A stretch of 63,003 nt of DNA, filler included, from Chrysochromulina tobinii (taxonomy: Eukaryota): NCBI GenBank assembly GCA_001275005.1. It is 4 parts of 4 records of this genome, joined end to end, with 100 filler letters (N's around TTAATTAATTAA, not from the genome) between each part and the next. Parts side by side here need not be neighbours in the genome. Positions count along the whole stretch, not along the records: positions 1 to 22,836 come from JWZX01000815.1; 3 more parts are not named here. One strand, written 5' to 3'. A program made the position numbers and the translations under genes. This document shows, in pieces, positions 1 through 10,578 of this stretch; the stretch's first letter is position 1; every line of letters begins with the position of its first letter. The notes under the pieces were generated by a model. That model searched no databases. It was not told where the DNA came from and saw nothing but the letters and a program-made list of their open reading frames with translations.

Positions 1-633
1 GGCGGCAGCCGACGGACCTGCTGCAGGAGCTCGGCCGGCGCCGGCACGAGCGCGGCCACGGCCACGGCCGCGGGTGCGAGTGAGGGTGCAACCGGTGCCG
101 TGCTGGGCGGCGCCGTGTTGGGCGTCGCGGGTGCGAGTGAGGGTGCAACCGGTGGCGCCGCGCCGCGCCGTGTTGGGCGCCGCGCGGCACACGAGACGGG
201 AGCTCGTGAGGAGAGAGTGTCATCGGCCGCCGCGACGGCGCTCGAGCACCTGAGTGCGATGGGCTTTAGCCGTGGGCAGGGGCGGCTCGCGCTGCAGCAG
301 ACGTCGAATGACGTAGAGGCGGCCATCACTTTGCTCGTCGACCCCGCGTTCCAAGCTCAAGCCGGCGCCCAACACGGCGCCACGGCCGCACCTCCGCGAG
401 TGCGCGCCCAACACGACGCCCCGAGTGCGGCGCGTGTGGCAGCACTGCAGATCGCCTCCAGAGGAGATGCGCCGGCCATCACGATTGGCAGCGCAATCAC
501 GATTGGCGGCGCAAGCGCCCGTGGCGGCGCCAGCGCCAGCGGCGACGCCAGCAGCAGCGCCAGCGGCACGGGCAGAGCCAACCCTCCAATCTATGTCATC
601 CCGGGGACGACACGGATCAGTAGGCCGCGGTAA
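1..633 (+). CDS. UBA-domain protein, 3' part (5' end outside window)
   Basis: The frame is open from base 1. ALEHLSAMGFSRGQGRLALQQTSNDVEAAITLL matches the UBA consensus (MGF...AL...NDVE.A...L). Confidence 0.6.
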   Translation, partial: GGSRRTCCRSSAGAGTSAATATAAGASEGATGAVLGGAVLGVAGASEGATGGAAPRRVGRRAAHETGAREERVSSAAATALEHLSAMGFSRGQGRLALQQTSNDVEAAITLLVDPAFQAQAGAQHGATAAPPRVRAQHDAPSAARVAALQIASRGDAPAITIGSAITIGGASARGGASASGDASSSASGTGRANPPIYVIPGTTRISRPR

Positions 634-645
634 GGCTCTAGGCTG

Positions 646-746
646 GGTGAGAGAAGCCCGAGCGCGGTGACGAAGCCGGGAGCGGTTTGACGAAGCCCGA
701 GCGCGGTGACGAAGCCGGGAGCGGGTGAGAGAAGCTCGAGCGCGGA
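646..746. repeat. Short imperfect tandem repeat (GAAGCCCGAGCGCGGTGACGAAGCCGGGAGCGG units)
   Basis: Repeated units are visible just after the UBA gene stop. Confidence 0.6.
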
Positions 747-1014
747 TGGCAGAGGCGGCGGCAGCATCAGACACATGAACCAGACAACGCAATGGACACC
801 TGCGCTGAGTGTACGCGTAGAAACTCAGTACGCGGGTGACGCATCGGACGACCTCGTTGCTCGTAACATGGCGTTCGGTTTTTTTGGCCGCCCCTGTTGA
901 TAAACACTTGGCCCTTTTGAGTGAGTGAGTCCGAGTTTCAATAACTCACTCACTCTCGCCAATTTCCGTTCCCACGGCGAATCAAGCCTCCCCAGGGCCC
1001 CGCGGGGAAGGGGG

Positions 1015-2061
1015 CTAGCGACCAATCTGGCCGCGCAGCTCGGCAAGGGCCTCGACGCGACGCGCCTCCTCGAGCTCGGCCGCGAGATTCTCGAGCTCGG
1101 CGAGCTGCGCCGTCCGTCGCGCGGCCGCCTCGGCCGCCTCGTGCGGCGCGGCGTTCGTCACGTCCTGAGCGAGCGCCGCCACCTCGTCCGACAAGCCACC
1201 GAGCTCGCCGAGCGCCTCGGCACCGCGTAGCAGCCGCTTGGTCACCTTGTGGCGCGTGGCGGCGATACGCTCGCGCAGGTCGGTGAGCAGCGGCGCCGCG
1301 TCGCGCACGACGGCGGCGCCCACGGCGGCGCGGTGGAAGCCGGCGCGGAACAGCAGCATAAGCTTGCCACCCGAGCACAGCCCTAGCGCCTCCACGGTGC
1401 TCTCATCAGAGGCTTCCTTGCCCTTGGAGAGCAGGCGCATGCTCGTGGGCGGGGTGCCGTCGACGAGCCCGCTCGCGAGCGCCTTGAGATCGGCGACGCG
1501 GCTCGTCGGCTCACAGTGCAGCAGCAGCTGGCGCCGGCCTTGCATGACTGTGAGCGTCACGGACCCAGCGCCCGCCTCGGCCGGTGCCGCCGCGGCCGCC
1601 GATGTGGACGGTGCCGCCCCGTCGTCCGGCTTGAGCAATCGGTCGCCCGCAGTCTGCCGCTCGCTGCCGTCAAACTCGATGGTGTAGTAGGGTGCGGTCA
1701 GATCATCCATGTGCACCGCACGCACCGTGGCGTGCTCGAGCGTACCGCCCGCCGCACGGTAGAGCACCTTGGCGCCCACGACGAGCCACGAGGGGCCGGC
1801 CGAGGCTGGCGCGGGAGCGGCGGCCGCCGCCTTCTTCGCGCCGAGCTGCGAGCGCATCAGCATCACCTTGGCGCCATCGGTCAGCCCGAGTGCACCCACG
1901 GTCTCCGCATCGTCCGGCTGCTTGCCTTTGACGAGCAGCTTCATCTGGTCGGCGTCGAGCCCGGCCATGGGCTCGAGCCGCTGCTTCACCACGCGGAGCG
2001 AGTCCTCGGGCGTCACGTCCACGTCGTGCTTGCCGCCGAGGCCACTCACGTGCAGTCGCAT
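1015..2061 (-). CDS. Protein with two ubiquitin-like domains, an SH3/Tudor-like insert and a helical BAG-like C-terminus
   Basis: UBL1 MRLHVSG...MKLLVKGK...LGLTDGAKVMLM and UBL2 ...MRLLSKGK...LGLCSGGKLMLL, followed by a helical C-terminus. ATG at 2061. Confidence 0.75.
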   Translation of the reverse strand: MRLHVSGLGGKHDVDVTPEDSLRVVKQRLEPMAGLDADQMKLLVKGKQPDDAETVGALGLTDGAKVMLMRSQLGAKKAAAAAPAPASAGPSWLVVGAKVLYRAAGGTLEHATVRAVHMDDLTAPYYTIEFDGSERQTAGDRLLKPDDGAAPSTSAAAAAPAEAGAGSVTLTVMQGRRQLLLHCEPTSRVADLKALASGLVDGTPPTSMRLLSKGKEASDESTVEALGLCSGGKLMLLFRAGFHRAAVGAAVVRDAAPLLTDLRERIAATRHKVTKRLLRGAEALGELGGLSDEVAALAQDVTNAAPHEAAEAAARRTAQLAELENLAAELEEARRVEALAELRGQIGR

Positions 2062-2141
2062 TCGATTGTCGCCTCGGCGAGCCAAGATCAAGGGGCTCCC
2101 AGGCCCCTTGCCAAGACGCCGACCGAATGTGCTCGCGTTCG

Positions 2142-2276
2142 CAAGTCAAGGCAAGTCAAGTCAAATCACTTCGCAATCCGTCCCGCGACAACAGTTTATG
2201 AGTGTGTCGGAGAAGCTGCTCCCCCCCAGTCGCGTTTAGCAGGGGCGAACTTGACTTGACTTGTTTTAATTGACTT
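2142..2276. promoter_or_regulatory. Inverted (CAAGT)n/(ACTTG)n arrays in a divergent promoter
   Basis: CAAGTCAAGGCAAGTCAAGTCAA at 2142-2164 and ACTTGACTTGACTTG at 2249-2263, between head-to-head genes. Confidence 0.45.
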
Positions 2277-2376
2277 CGCGCCAAGCCGAGCCAAGACGAG
2301 CGCGCCACCGACAAAAGCGCTCGTGACCAGTATTTTGTCAGTGGTGACCGAGCGCGCCGAGTCCACCGCGGTTCCA

Positions 2377-5300
2377 ATGCAAGCAGCCGCGATAGTTGCG
2401 CCCGAGAAGAAGCGCCTGGACTCCTACGAGGGTGAGTACTGGCAGCCCATGGAAGTTGCGAAGCGCCAGCGCAAGGTGAAGACGATCCCCGACGCGATGT
2501 TGTCGAACGGCAAGGCGGGACTCTACCGCAGTGACTCTGACGCGACCGAAAATGGCGTAGAGCCGAAGTCGGCCTGGCGCAAGACCCCCACCGCCTTGAG
2601 CAAGCACACATACAGCTCCGAGCTCGAAGCGCACGCGCCCGACGACGCCCAAAAGCGCCTCGCCGAGCGCACCGACTCGATGGAGACGGTGGTCTACTCG
2701 CAGAAGAGCGCGCCGCGCGCGGTCTCCGACGAGGAGGTGGACGAGGACGAGGACGAGGAGGAGGAGGTGGTGGACAACGACGAGAACGGCCCGGCCCCGG
2801 AGGACGCCTCGCACGCGCTCTTGATGCTCGCTTTCGCCGGCGCCGCAGAGGCCTCGAGTGCCCCGCCGCCCTCGGCGGGAGATTCGGCTGGAGATCTGCC
2901 GGTGCCGATCTTTGCGAAGCGTCCGACGCCGAAGACGGGCGCGGGCGTGCTCATGGGCATGATCTCCAACCCGTGGGAGCCCGAGGAGGACGACGCCCTC
3001 AAGACAGCGATCGAGAAGCACGGCACGCGCTGGAAGAACGTGGCACGCCACGTGCTCGAGCAGACGGGCGCCGAGCGCACCGTCGCCATGTGCCGCAACC
3101 GGTACCTGCGCATCCAGGCGGGCCTGCGCCAGGCGGCGCTCAACCCGACGACCAACAACCGGTGCACCGCGTGCGGCCAGTTCAAAAAAGGGCACACGTG
3201 CCGCGGCGTCGATGCGTTCCACGCCACCTTCCTCGACAGCGCCAGGGCGGGGTCCATGCTGGGCGGCAGCAGCGGGCGCGCGCTCGCCGAGCTGCGCCGC
3301 GCCGTCGACGACCCCGAGTACGACCTCGCGAGCCTCGCCCCCCTGCGCCCGCTGCCCGAAGAGGGGCTGAGCGTCGTCCCGGGCGCCACCGACCAGAGCG
3401 CCGTCGTGAGCAGCGCGCCGGGAGGGCTGCAGTGCGTGGCCCAGAGCGCCGGCGGCCTCCTCTCGTCCCCCTCGTCCCGCTCCTCCTCCTCCTCGCCCTC
3501 GCCCACGGCGGGCGCGGCCGGCGCCGCCACCAACGCCTCCTCCTCCTCCACCTCGGCGCACCCGAGCGCCGTCCCGAGCGCCGACAACGCGCAGCACGAG
3601 GCGGCCAGCGTCATGCAGGGCATGTCCTCCATGATGCTCGCCGCGGCCGGTGCAGGTGCGCCCGCGCCCACCACGGCGCCCACCGCGGCGCCCACCGAGG
3701 GCAGCCCCCTACCCGCTGCGCTGCCCCGCCACGGAGCCGGTACCTCCCCCGGCGCGACGGCGCCCGGCTCGGCGCCCGGCATCTCGTTGAACCAGCAGCT
3801 CTACTGCCCGTGGGCGTTGAACGAGGACATGGCCCTCAAGGAGGCGATCCGCACCCACGGCACGCGCTGGGCGACCATCGCGGCACGCGTCGCCGAGCTC
3901 ACCGGCATCGAGCGCACCGTCGCCATGTGCCGCAACCGGTACCTGCGCATCCAGGCGGCCGCCCTCAAGGCCGAGAAGAACGCCGAGAAGAGCGCTGAAG
4001 GCCTCTCGCCCGGCGGCAGCCGCGCCCCCCTCACCCAGCGCGGCGCCGGCGCCCAGTACGGCGCGAGTGCCCTCCTCTCGCCCTCCGGTTCGGGCGCGGT
4101 CGGCGCCCAGCACGGCGCGGTCGGCGCCCAGAACGGCGCGGATGGCGCCCAGTACGGCGCGGGCGTGCGCTCGCCCGCCGGCAGCGGCCCGTCGCCTGCG
4201 GGACGACCTTGGGCGTCGCCATGCTCGGGCTCTGACGCATCGGGCGCGCCGGGCGCGTCGGGCGCGCCGGGCGCGTCGGGCGCGCCCGCGCCGGACGCGC
4301 CGTGCGCGCCGTGCGCCGACGAGGACTCGGACGACGCCCAGGACGACGCCCAGGACGACGCCCAGGACGGCGCCCAGGACGGCGCCCCAGGACGGCGCCG
4401 GCACGCCGCATGAGAGCTCGTCGGTCTCGACCCGCTCAGCGCCCTCGCCCAAGACGACGCCCTCGCCGCTCGCGTCGCCGCTGCCGCCGGCGATGGGCTC
4501 GGCGATGGGCACGCCCGATGAGGCGATGGCCCATCCCGGCGGCTTCCTACTCGCAGCCGCGCGGCACGAGGCGCACGTCGCCTCCCTCCGCGAGCTCCAC
4601 TCGCGCGAGCGCCGTGATGAGCGCCGGGACGAGCGCCGTGACGAGCGCGGGTCGCCGGCCGCCGGCGCCGTGTCGGGCGCTGGGAGCGTCGACGGGTCCG
4701 CCGCGCCCTACCCTTCACAGGCCGATCGCCCTTCACAGACGCGGCTGGGAATGCCGCCGCCCGTACGGGCGACCGACGCGGCCGAAGGGTCGCGGGCGAG
4801 CAAGGCGGCGCGGCAGGGGAACGTGCCCTCACCCTCATCGGTGCTCGCCCCGCTCGAGCATGCCACGCCCCTCGAGATGATTTCACACCTGGCTGCTTCA
4901 CACCTGGCCGCGCAGCATGCAATGGCCGACGCGCATGCGAGAGCAACGGGTGGCGCCGCCGCGCCCGCGAAGCGCGTGCCATCGACGACCACGCTCCCGC
5001 CGTGCCCGCTGTGCCACCGCACGTTCCTGCACAACAACTCGTCGGCGCGCAACAGCCACGTGGCCCGCTGTGCGAACGCCGCGAGCCTACCGGGCCAGAC
5101 GCCCAACGCAGCGCTTCCCGAGAACGACCCGGTCCATGCGCGCGGCGCCTTCCGGTGCGGAGAGGCCGACTGTGTGCACGTGTACGCCAACATCGACGGC
5201 CTGCGCCGGCACGCGCGCAAGACGGGGCACGCCTTCGAGCGCTTCCCGGAGCGCACCGTGAAGGCCCCCAGCCAGGAGCGCCCGGCACAGCGCCCGTTGG

Positions 5301-5953
5301 CGCCCGATCGGCGCTTGACGAACCCCTGGCTCGCGACGACGCCGGGCGCTGTGCCGAGCGCGGCCGACGCGGCGGTGCTCGCGGCCCAGGCGCTCGCGAC
5401 CGCGTCGGCGGCGGCGGCGATCGAGGGCGGCACAGCGCCCATGCAGTGCCTGCTCTCGCCAGAGTGCACGCGCGGCTACCGACACGGCGGGCTGTGCAAC
5501 CTCGCCGCGGCCCGCAAGGCGGCGGCACAGGCGAAGCGCAAGGCAGAGCTCGACGCGCGCGATGCGTCTCTCTCACGCCTCGTCGAGCCGCGCACCACCG
5601 AGCCCGGCGCGCCCGCTATGCCGACTTGGCAACAACCCACGCCGCCCGCTGCGCCGCCACGCGTGCTCACCACGGCGCCACGCGTGCTCTCGGCGACGCC
5701 GGGCGCGCCGGCGGAGGAGGGCGAGGCCGGCGAGGCCGGTGGGGAGGGGGAGGAGGGCGCGGAGGAGCTTGACGAAACCATGGACGACGAGATTCCGTTG
5801 TATGATTCGGCGCCCAACGCGGCGCCCCTCCACCGCGCGGCCTCTCGCGCGGGCAGTGCCTTCTCGCAGGTAGGTACCTTCCGCTTCTCGGCCGACGGCA
5901 TCGTCGACGTGTCGTGCGTCGGGCGGCTCGTGCCCCGCGCCGCGCCGTCGTGA
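2377..5953 (+). CDS. Myb/SANT transcription factor with two Myb domains and several zinc fingers (apparent +1 frameshift near 4385)
   Basis: Two W..EED.AL..AI..HG.RW..A......RT.AMCRNRY domains, a CxxCGQxKKGHxC knuckle and C2H2/C2HC fingers in the downstream frame. One 12-nt repeat unit has an extra C (GGCGCCCCAG); removing it fuses the two ORFs. Confidence 0.75.
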
Positions 5954-7442
5954 GCGCACGTCGAAGTGCGTCGCATGGCGGCGCTCGAGGCGGCGCGTCC
6001 CTCGAGGCGCACGCGCTGTCATGGGCGTTCGCTGTCCGAGGGAGTCGGCAAGGTCGGGCGGGACAGGGGAGCGAGGGACAGGGGAGAGGCCATCGGGGAG
6101 CAGCGTGGCCCGTCTATGCAGCGCATCAAGGGAGCATGGTGGGCGGGGTGCAGTATGGCGTGCAAGCCCCGGCGACACGGCGGCCTGCCAAGCCGATGAA
6201 GAGCGCCGACCGGGGGCACGATGGCTGCACTGGCGAGGCCACTTCCTCATGCCACTGGCGAGGCCATTGCCTCAGGCCACTGGCGAGGCCTCAGGCAGCA
6301 AGGGAGGGCAGTGGGCAGAGGGCAGGAAGGCCTACCGGAGCGCAGCAGCACGGTCTGGCGAACGTATGAACGTACGGCAACCCATGCAAGGTATGTGAAC
6401 ATCTCAGCGTGTGTGACGTGGCTGCGGGGCGAGGAACTGTGTGTGCCCGGCTGCGAGGAAAACAGTGGGAGAAGGGCGGCGGGGGCTCCCGCCTCACGGG
6501 GGCTGATATGAAACGTGTGCGCGTGGTGCGATGCCCGGAGCCCGCGCCACCGGAGACACTCGAGCGCGTGGCGGTGTGCAGACGTGCTGTCGACAGTTTG
6601 AAAAACAAGAAAGCAATCGAAATACACGTCCCGGCGGCGCCCGGCTCCAACGTGGTGAGTCGCTGCACGCCTTCGATGCACGCCTGCGCGCATGGTCGCT
6701 GGACACAACACCGGATTTACCGGTACGTCGAGTTCTTCACGACGAAGCGGCACCCCGCGTTACCGCCCCCCTGCTCTGCAGTGCGCGTGTCGGGGGGCGC
6801 CCTCGTCGCGTCTCTCACAAAAACGGGCCACCACACTAACGTCAACGCCCCTTCTTGACTTACAGACATGTTCACACCTTTCGCCGTTCCGCGCTTGGTG
6901 CACTGTCAATCATCGAGTCCTTCGCTCAACGTGCGTCGGTGCGATCGCTGCACGCGCACACCGCACTGCCTTCGCACACGGAATATATCGAGTCCGCTCA
7001 GGTAGGTACTTTCTTCCACGGTGCCCGCGGGCACACTTTTGTATCTCAGGGAGCACACATGCCCTTACCCCTATGCCTCCCTTTGTCTCACTCGCGACCG
7101 TGGGCTTTTTCGCGTGCCTTTCCGCAGTCGCGCGCCGCCGCCGACAAGTCGGCCTCCCTCCTCTCCGCCCCCGCGCGTTTCACCGCCCAGGTGACTGCCC
7201 AATCCTGAGACCCCGAGCTGGGCTGCCTCTCACAAGGGCATGCGACTCTCCGTTCGCCATGAGCTTCGGAGCCACACTCCGCACGCGATTCCCCTCATCC
7301 TCGCGGCACGCTGTTGGCTGTTGCTGTCTGCGTCGAGATCCTTCAAGCGCCCTTCGAGCTTTCAGCCGCTTGTGGTCCGATATCTCCATGCTGCCGAATA
7401 CACACGCCGCCTAAGCCTCTCTTCTTCTCTCTTGTTCGCAGG

Positions 7443-8905
7443 ATGATTGCGATGCTCATCAACTTTGTAGCGGAGAAGACCAACGCGAGTGCTATAAACT
7501 CGGTCGCCTTATCCCCGGACGGGACGAAAATTGTCTCGGGGTCGGACGACGGGACGATCAATGTCTGGGATTCGGGTGCGCTTTTGCCCTCAAATCGCCC
7601 ATCCTTGGCCACCATTGACACCTGCTGGCTTGTCTGGCAGGCGCGCTGGGGCTGTTGAGCGAGAAGACGAATGCGCATGCTTCTGGCATCATGGGCTCCA
7701 TTTCCTGCGTCCAGTTTTCCCCAGATGGATCGAAGATCGTAAGTTGCGGCATTACCGACAAGACGATCAAAGTCTGGGATTCGGGTTCGCCGCGAGCTCA
7801 AAATCGCCCCTCCTTGGCCAAAACTGACGCCTGCTGGCTTGTCTGGCTGGCAAGCTGGAGATGCTGAGCGAGAAGACGAACGCCCACAGCAGCTACGTCA
7901 TGTCGGTGGCGTTTTCCCCGGACGGGACCAAGATTGTGTCGGGATCTTACGACCAGACGATCAAAGTCTGGGATACAGGTGCGCCGCGAGCCCTCAAAAT
8001 CGCCCCTCCTTGGCCAAGACTGACGCCTGCTGGCTTGCCTGGCAGACAAACTGGAGCTACTGAGCGAGAAGACGAACGCCCACAGCGACCACATCAGGTC
8101 GGTGGCGTTTTCCCCGGACGGGACCAAGATCGTGTCGGGATCGACTGACAAGACGATCAAAGTCTGGGATACGGGTGCGCCGCCAGCTCAAAATCGCCCC
8201 TCCTTGGCCAAAACTAACGCTTGTTGGCTTGTCTGGCAGACAAACTGGAGCTGTTGAGCGAGAAGACGAACGCCCACAGCAGCAGCATCTTGTCGGTGGC
8301 GTTTTCTCCAGACGGGACCAAGATTGTGTCGGGATCGTGGGACAAGACGATCAAAGTCTGGGATTCAGGTGCGCCGGAGCCTCGAATCCCCCCTCCTTGG
8401 CCAAAACTGACGCTTGCTGGCTTGTCTGGCAGGCAAGCTGGAGATGCTGAGCGAGAAGACGGATGCGCACAGCAGCGGAATCACGTCAGTGGCCTTTTCC
8501 CCGGACGGGGCCAAGATCCTGTCGGGATCATTCGACAAGACGATCAAAGTCTGGGATTCTGGTTCGCTGTGCGAGCTCAAAATCGCCCCTCCTTGGCCAA
8601 AACTGATGCCTGCTGTGGCTTGTCTGCCAGGCGCGCTGGGGCTGCTGAGCGAGAAGACGAATGCCCACAGCCTCTGGATCCAGTCGGTCGCGTTTTCCCC
8701 GGATGGGACCAAGATTGTGTCCGGATCGCACGACAAGACGATCAAAGTCTGGGGCATGGTCAAGTGGTCTCGCAAAGATCATTTGTTGTTCAATGATACC
8801 ACCCAGCAATTCGTCTTGCTGCTGCTGTGGCTGAACAAATACAGCATGAAGTTCCCTGATGATGTGCTTGATCTACTCATCGAAGCTTGCTTGCAAAGCA
8901 AATAA
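7443..8905 (+). CDS. Seven-repeat WD40 protein, one repeat per exon; exons 7443-7575, 7641-7784, 7850-7978, 8046-8174, 8240-8368, 8433-8561, 8631-8905
   Basis: Each exon encodes AH....[22 protein letters not shown]. Six homologous 64-69 nt phase-1 introns separate them (five GT-AG, one with TG at the acceptor). Further 5' exons are possible. Confidence 0.85.
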
Positions 8906-9070
8906 GAGGTGGGGTGATGGCGGCTGGTAGGCGGCTGGATGTGTATCTGATCCACACGGCGCGCGCAGTGTCTAGAGAGTCAACGAGCAGTCGTATAGAT
9001 CGGCGCATGTACTAGTTTGTGGGGCGCAAGATCGCGACCGGCACAACGCGCGCGAAGGGTTCACATTGTA

Positions 9071-10529
9071 ATGGAGGGTCGTGAGAATTCTTGGGCAGCT
9101 TTACTGTCCGCGGCGGCCGTCTCGGGTGGGCTTCGTGCCATCGGGCTGTACGCCGCTTCGGACGCGCTGGTGCTGACCGAGGTACCGCTCGCCGTCTTCT
9201 TGACCTTCACGCTGGCCGCCTCCGCGGCGGTCTCGGCGGTGCTGCAAGGGCGGTCTCCTCAAGCAACCAAGGGACGCCGGGATGACCAGAGCCGCCGCGT
9301 GACCCTGCACGCCGTGGTGCTCGCCAGCGCAATGTGGCTCTTCTGCTACGGCTTGAAGCATTGCGGTCCTATACGCGCGATCCTCGTCGAGGCGTCACAG
9401 GTGGCGCTCATCACCGCGATCGCCTTGCCTCTGCGTGGGGCGGCAAGAAAGCGCGGGCGCGGTTCATGGCGTGGCGGGCTCGCGCTCGTGCTCGTCGCGC
9501 TCGTGCTGTTGCTCGGTACGCACGGTGCCCACCCGCACCGCGCGCGCCGCCTCAGCGAGGAGGGCGGGCCGGCTGCGGTCGCGCTGCCTTCGGAGGAAGC
9601 AGCGGGCGGGAATTTTGGACAGGTGCTGCTGCGGACTGAGCCGCTGCGGACTGAGCCGCCGGGTGCCTCCAAAATCAGCGCCCATTGGCCACGTCCGTTG
9701 GCCACGGATGAAGACGAGGTGGACGACGACGACGACGACGACGACGAGGACGAGCCCTCGGACGCGTCGCCGTGGGCGTGGTGGCCCACGCACATCCTGG
9801 GAGAGATGGCGCTCCTCATCGCGTCGCTCTTAATGGCCGTGCACCAGCGCGCGGCCCGCCCGCTCGCACGCGACATGGGTGGGCCGCTCCGCCTGTTTTG
9901 CGCCACGTCGGCGCGGGCGGCGCTCGTGTGTGCGGTGCCGGCGCTCTGGCAGCTTGCTCTCGCCCGCTACGGCGCCCGAAACGTAACCGTCGCCTCTTTA
10001 GGGTGGCGCTCGGATGGCGCCGTCTCGGGCGCCTCCGCCTCCGAGGGCGCCGTCTCGGGCGCCACTGCCGTCGCGGGCGCCGTCGCAGGCGCCACCGCTG
10101 TCTCGGGCGCCTCCTCCTTGGCGTGGCGTTCTCTTATCTTTGCGGTCCTCGGCCTCGCGGGCAGCCACTGGGCGCAGCTCGCGACCATCGCCCTGTCCGC
10201 CTCGCGCGCGGCCGTCGCCGCCCTCGCGACCTCATTCCTCACGGCCTGCACGCTCGACTGGTGGCGAGGGGAGCATGCAGCGCGGCCGCACACGTGGGTC
10301 GCGGCCCTGTGCTTGCTCGAGGGCACACGACGGCTGCTCGCCCTCGCGGAGCTCCTCGCCAAGAAGGACGACCTGCACCTCTTGCCGTACAGTGCCGTCC
10401 AGCTGCCGGTGCGCGGCTCGAGGAGTGCTCATCACGGCGCTTCGGACGACGCGGGCACGCCGAGGATTGCGGCCGATGTCTGCGGGGCGGTTGACGAGGG
10501 GACCGAGGACGAGGCTGAGGGCGATGGCA

Positions 10530-10578
<49 letters not shown>

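Noticed and set aside
4381..4392. Programmed frameshift or pseudogene in the Myb gene (also PIKfyve 33906-33909 and VPS13 near 61834)
   Set aside because: These are single-base shifts, two in homopolymer runs, in otherwise intact genes. Sequencing error is most likely; raw reads would decide.
2338..6012. Many long overlapping ORFs on alternative frames and strands throughout the window
   Set aside because: These are expected shadow ORFs in very GC-rich DNA; they are Arg/Ala/Pro-rich with no motifs.
6409..7440. Possible extra 5' exons of the WD40 gene or a separate small gene
   Set aside because: Splice-like signals exist, but there is no recognisable protein and no consistent frame that I could establish.
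7443..8760. Regular ~195-nt repeat array as a CRISPR-like locus
   Set aside because: Both alternating parts are homologous between units and resolve into WD40 exons and spliceosomal introns; no cas genes are present.
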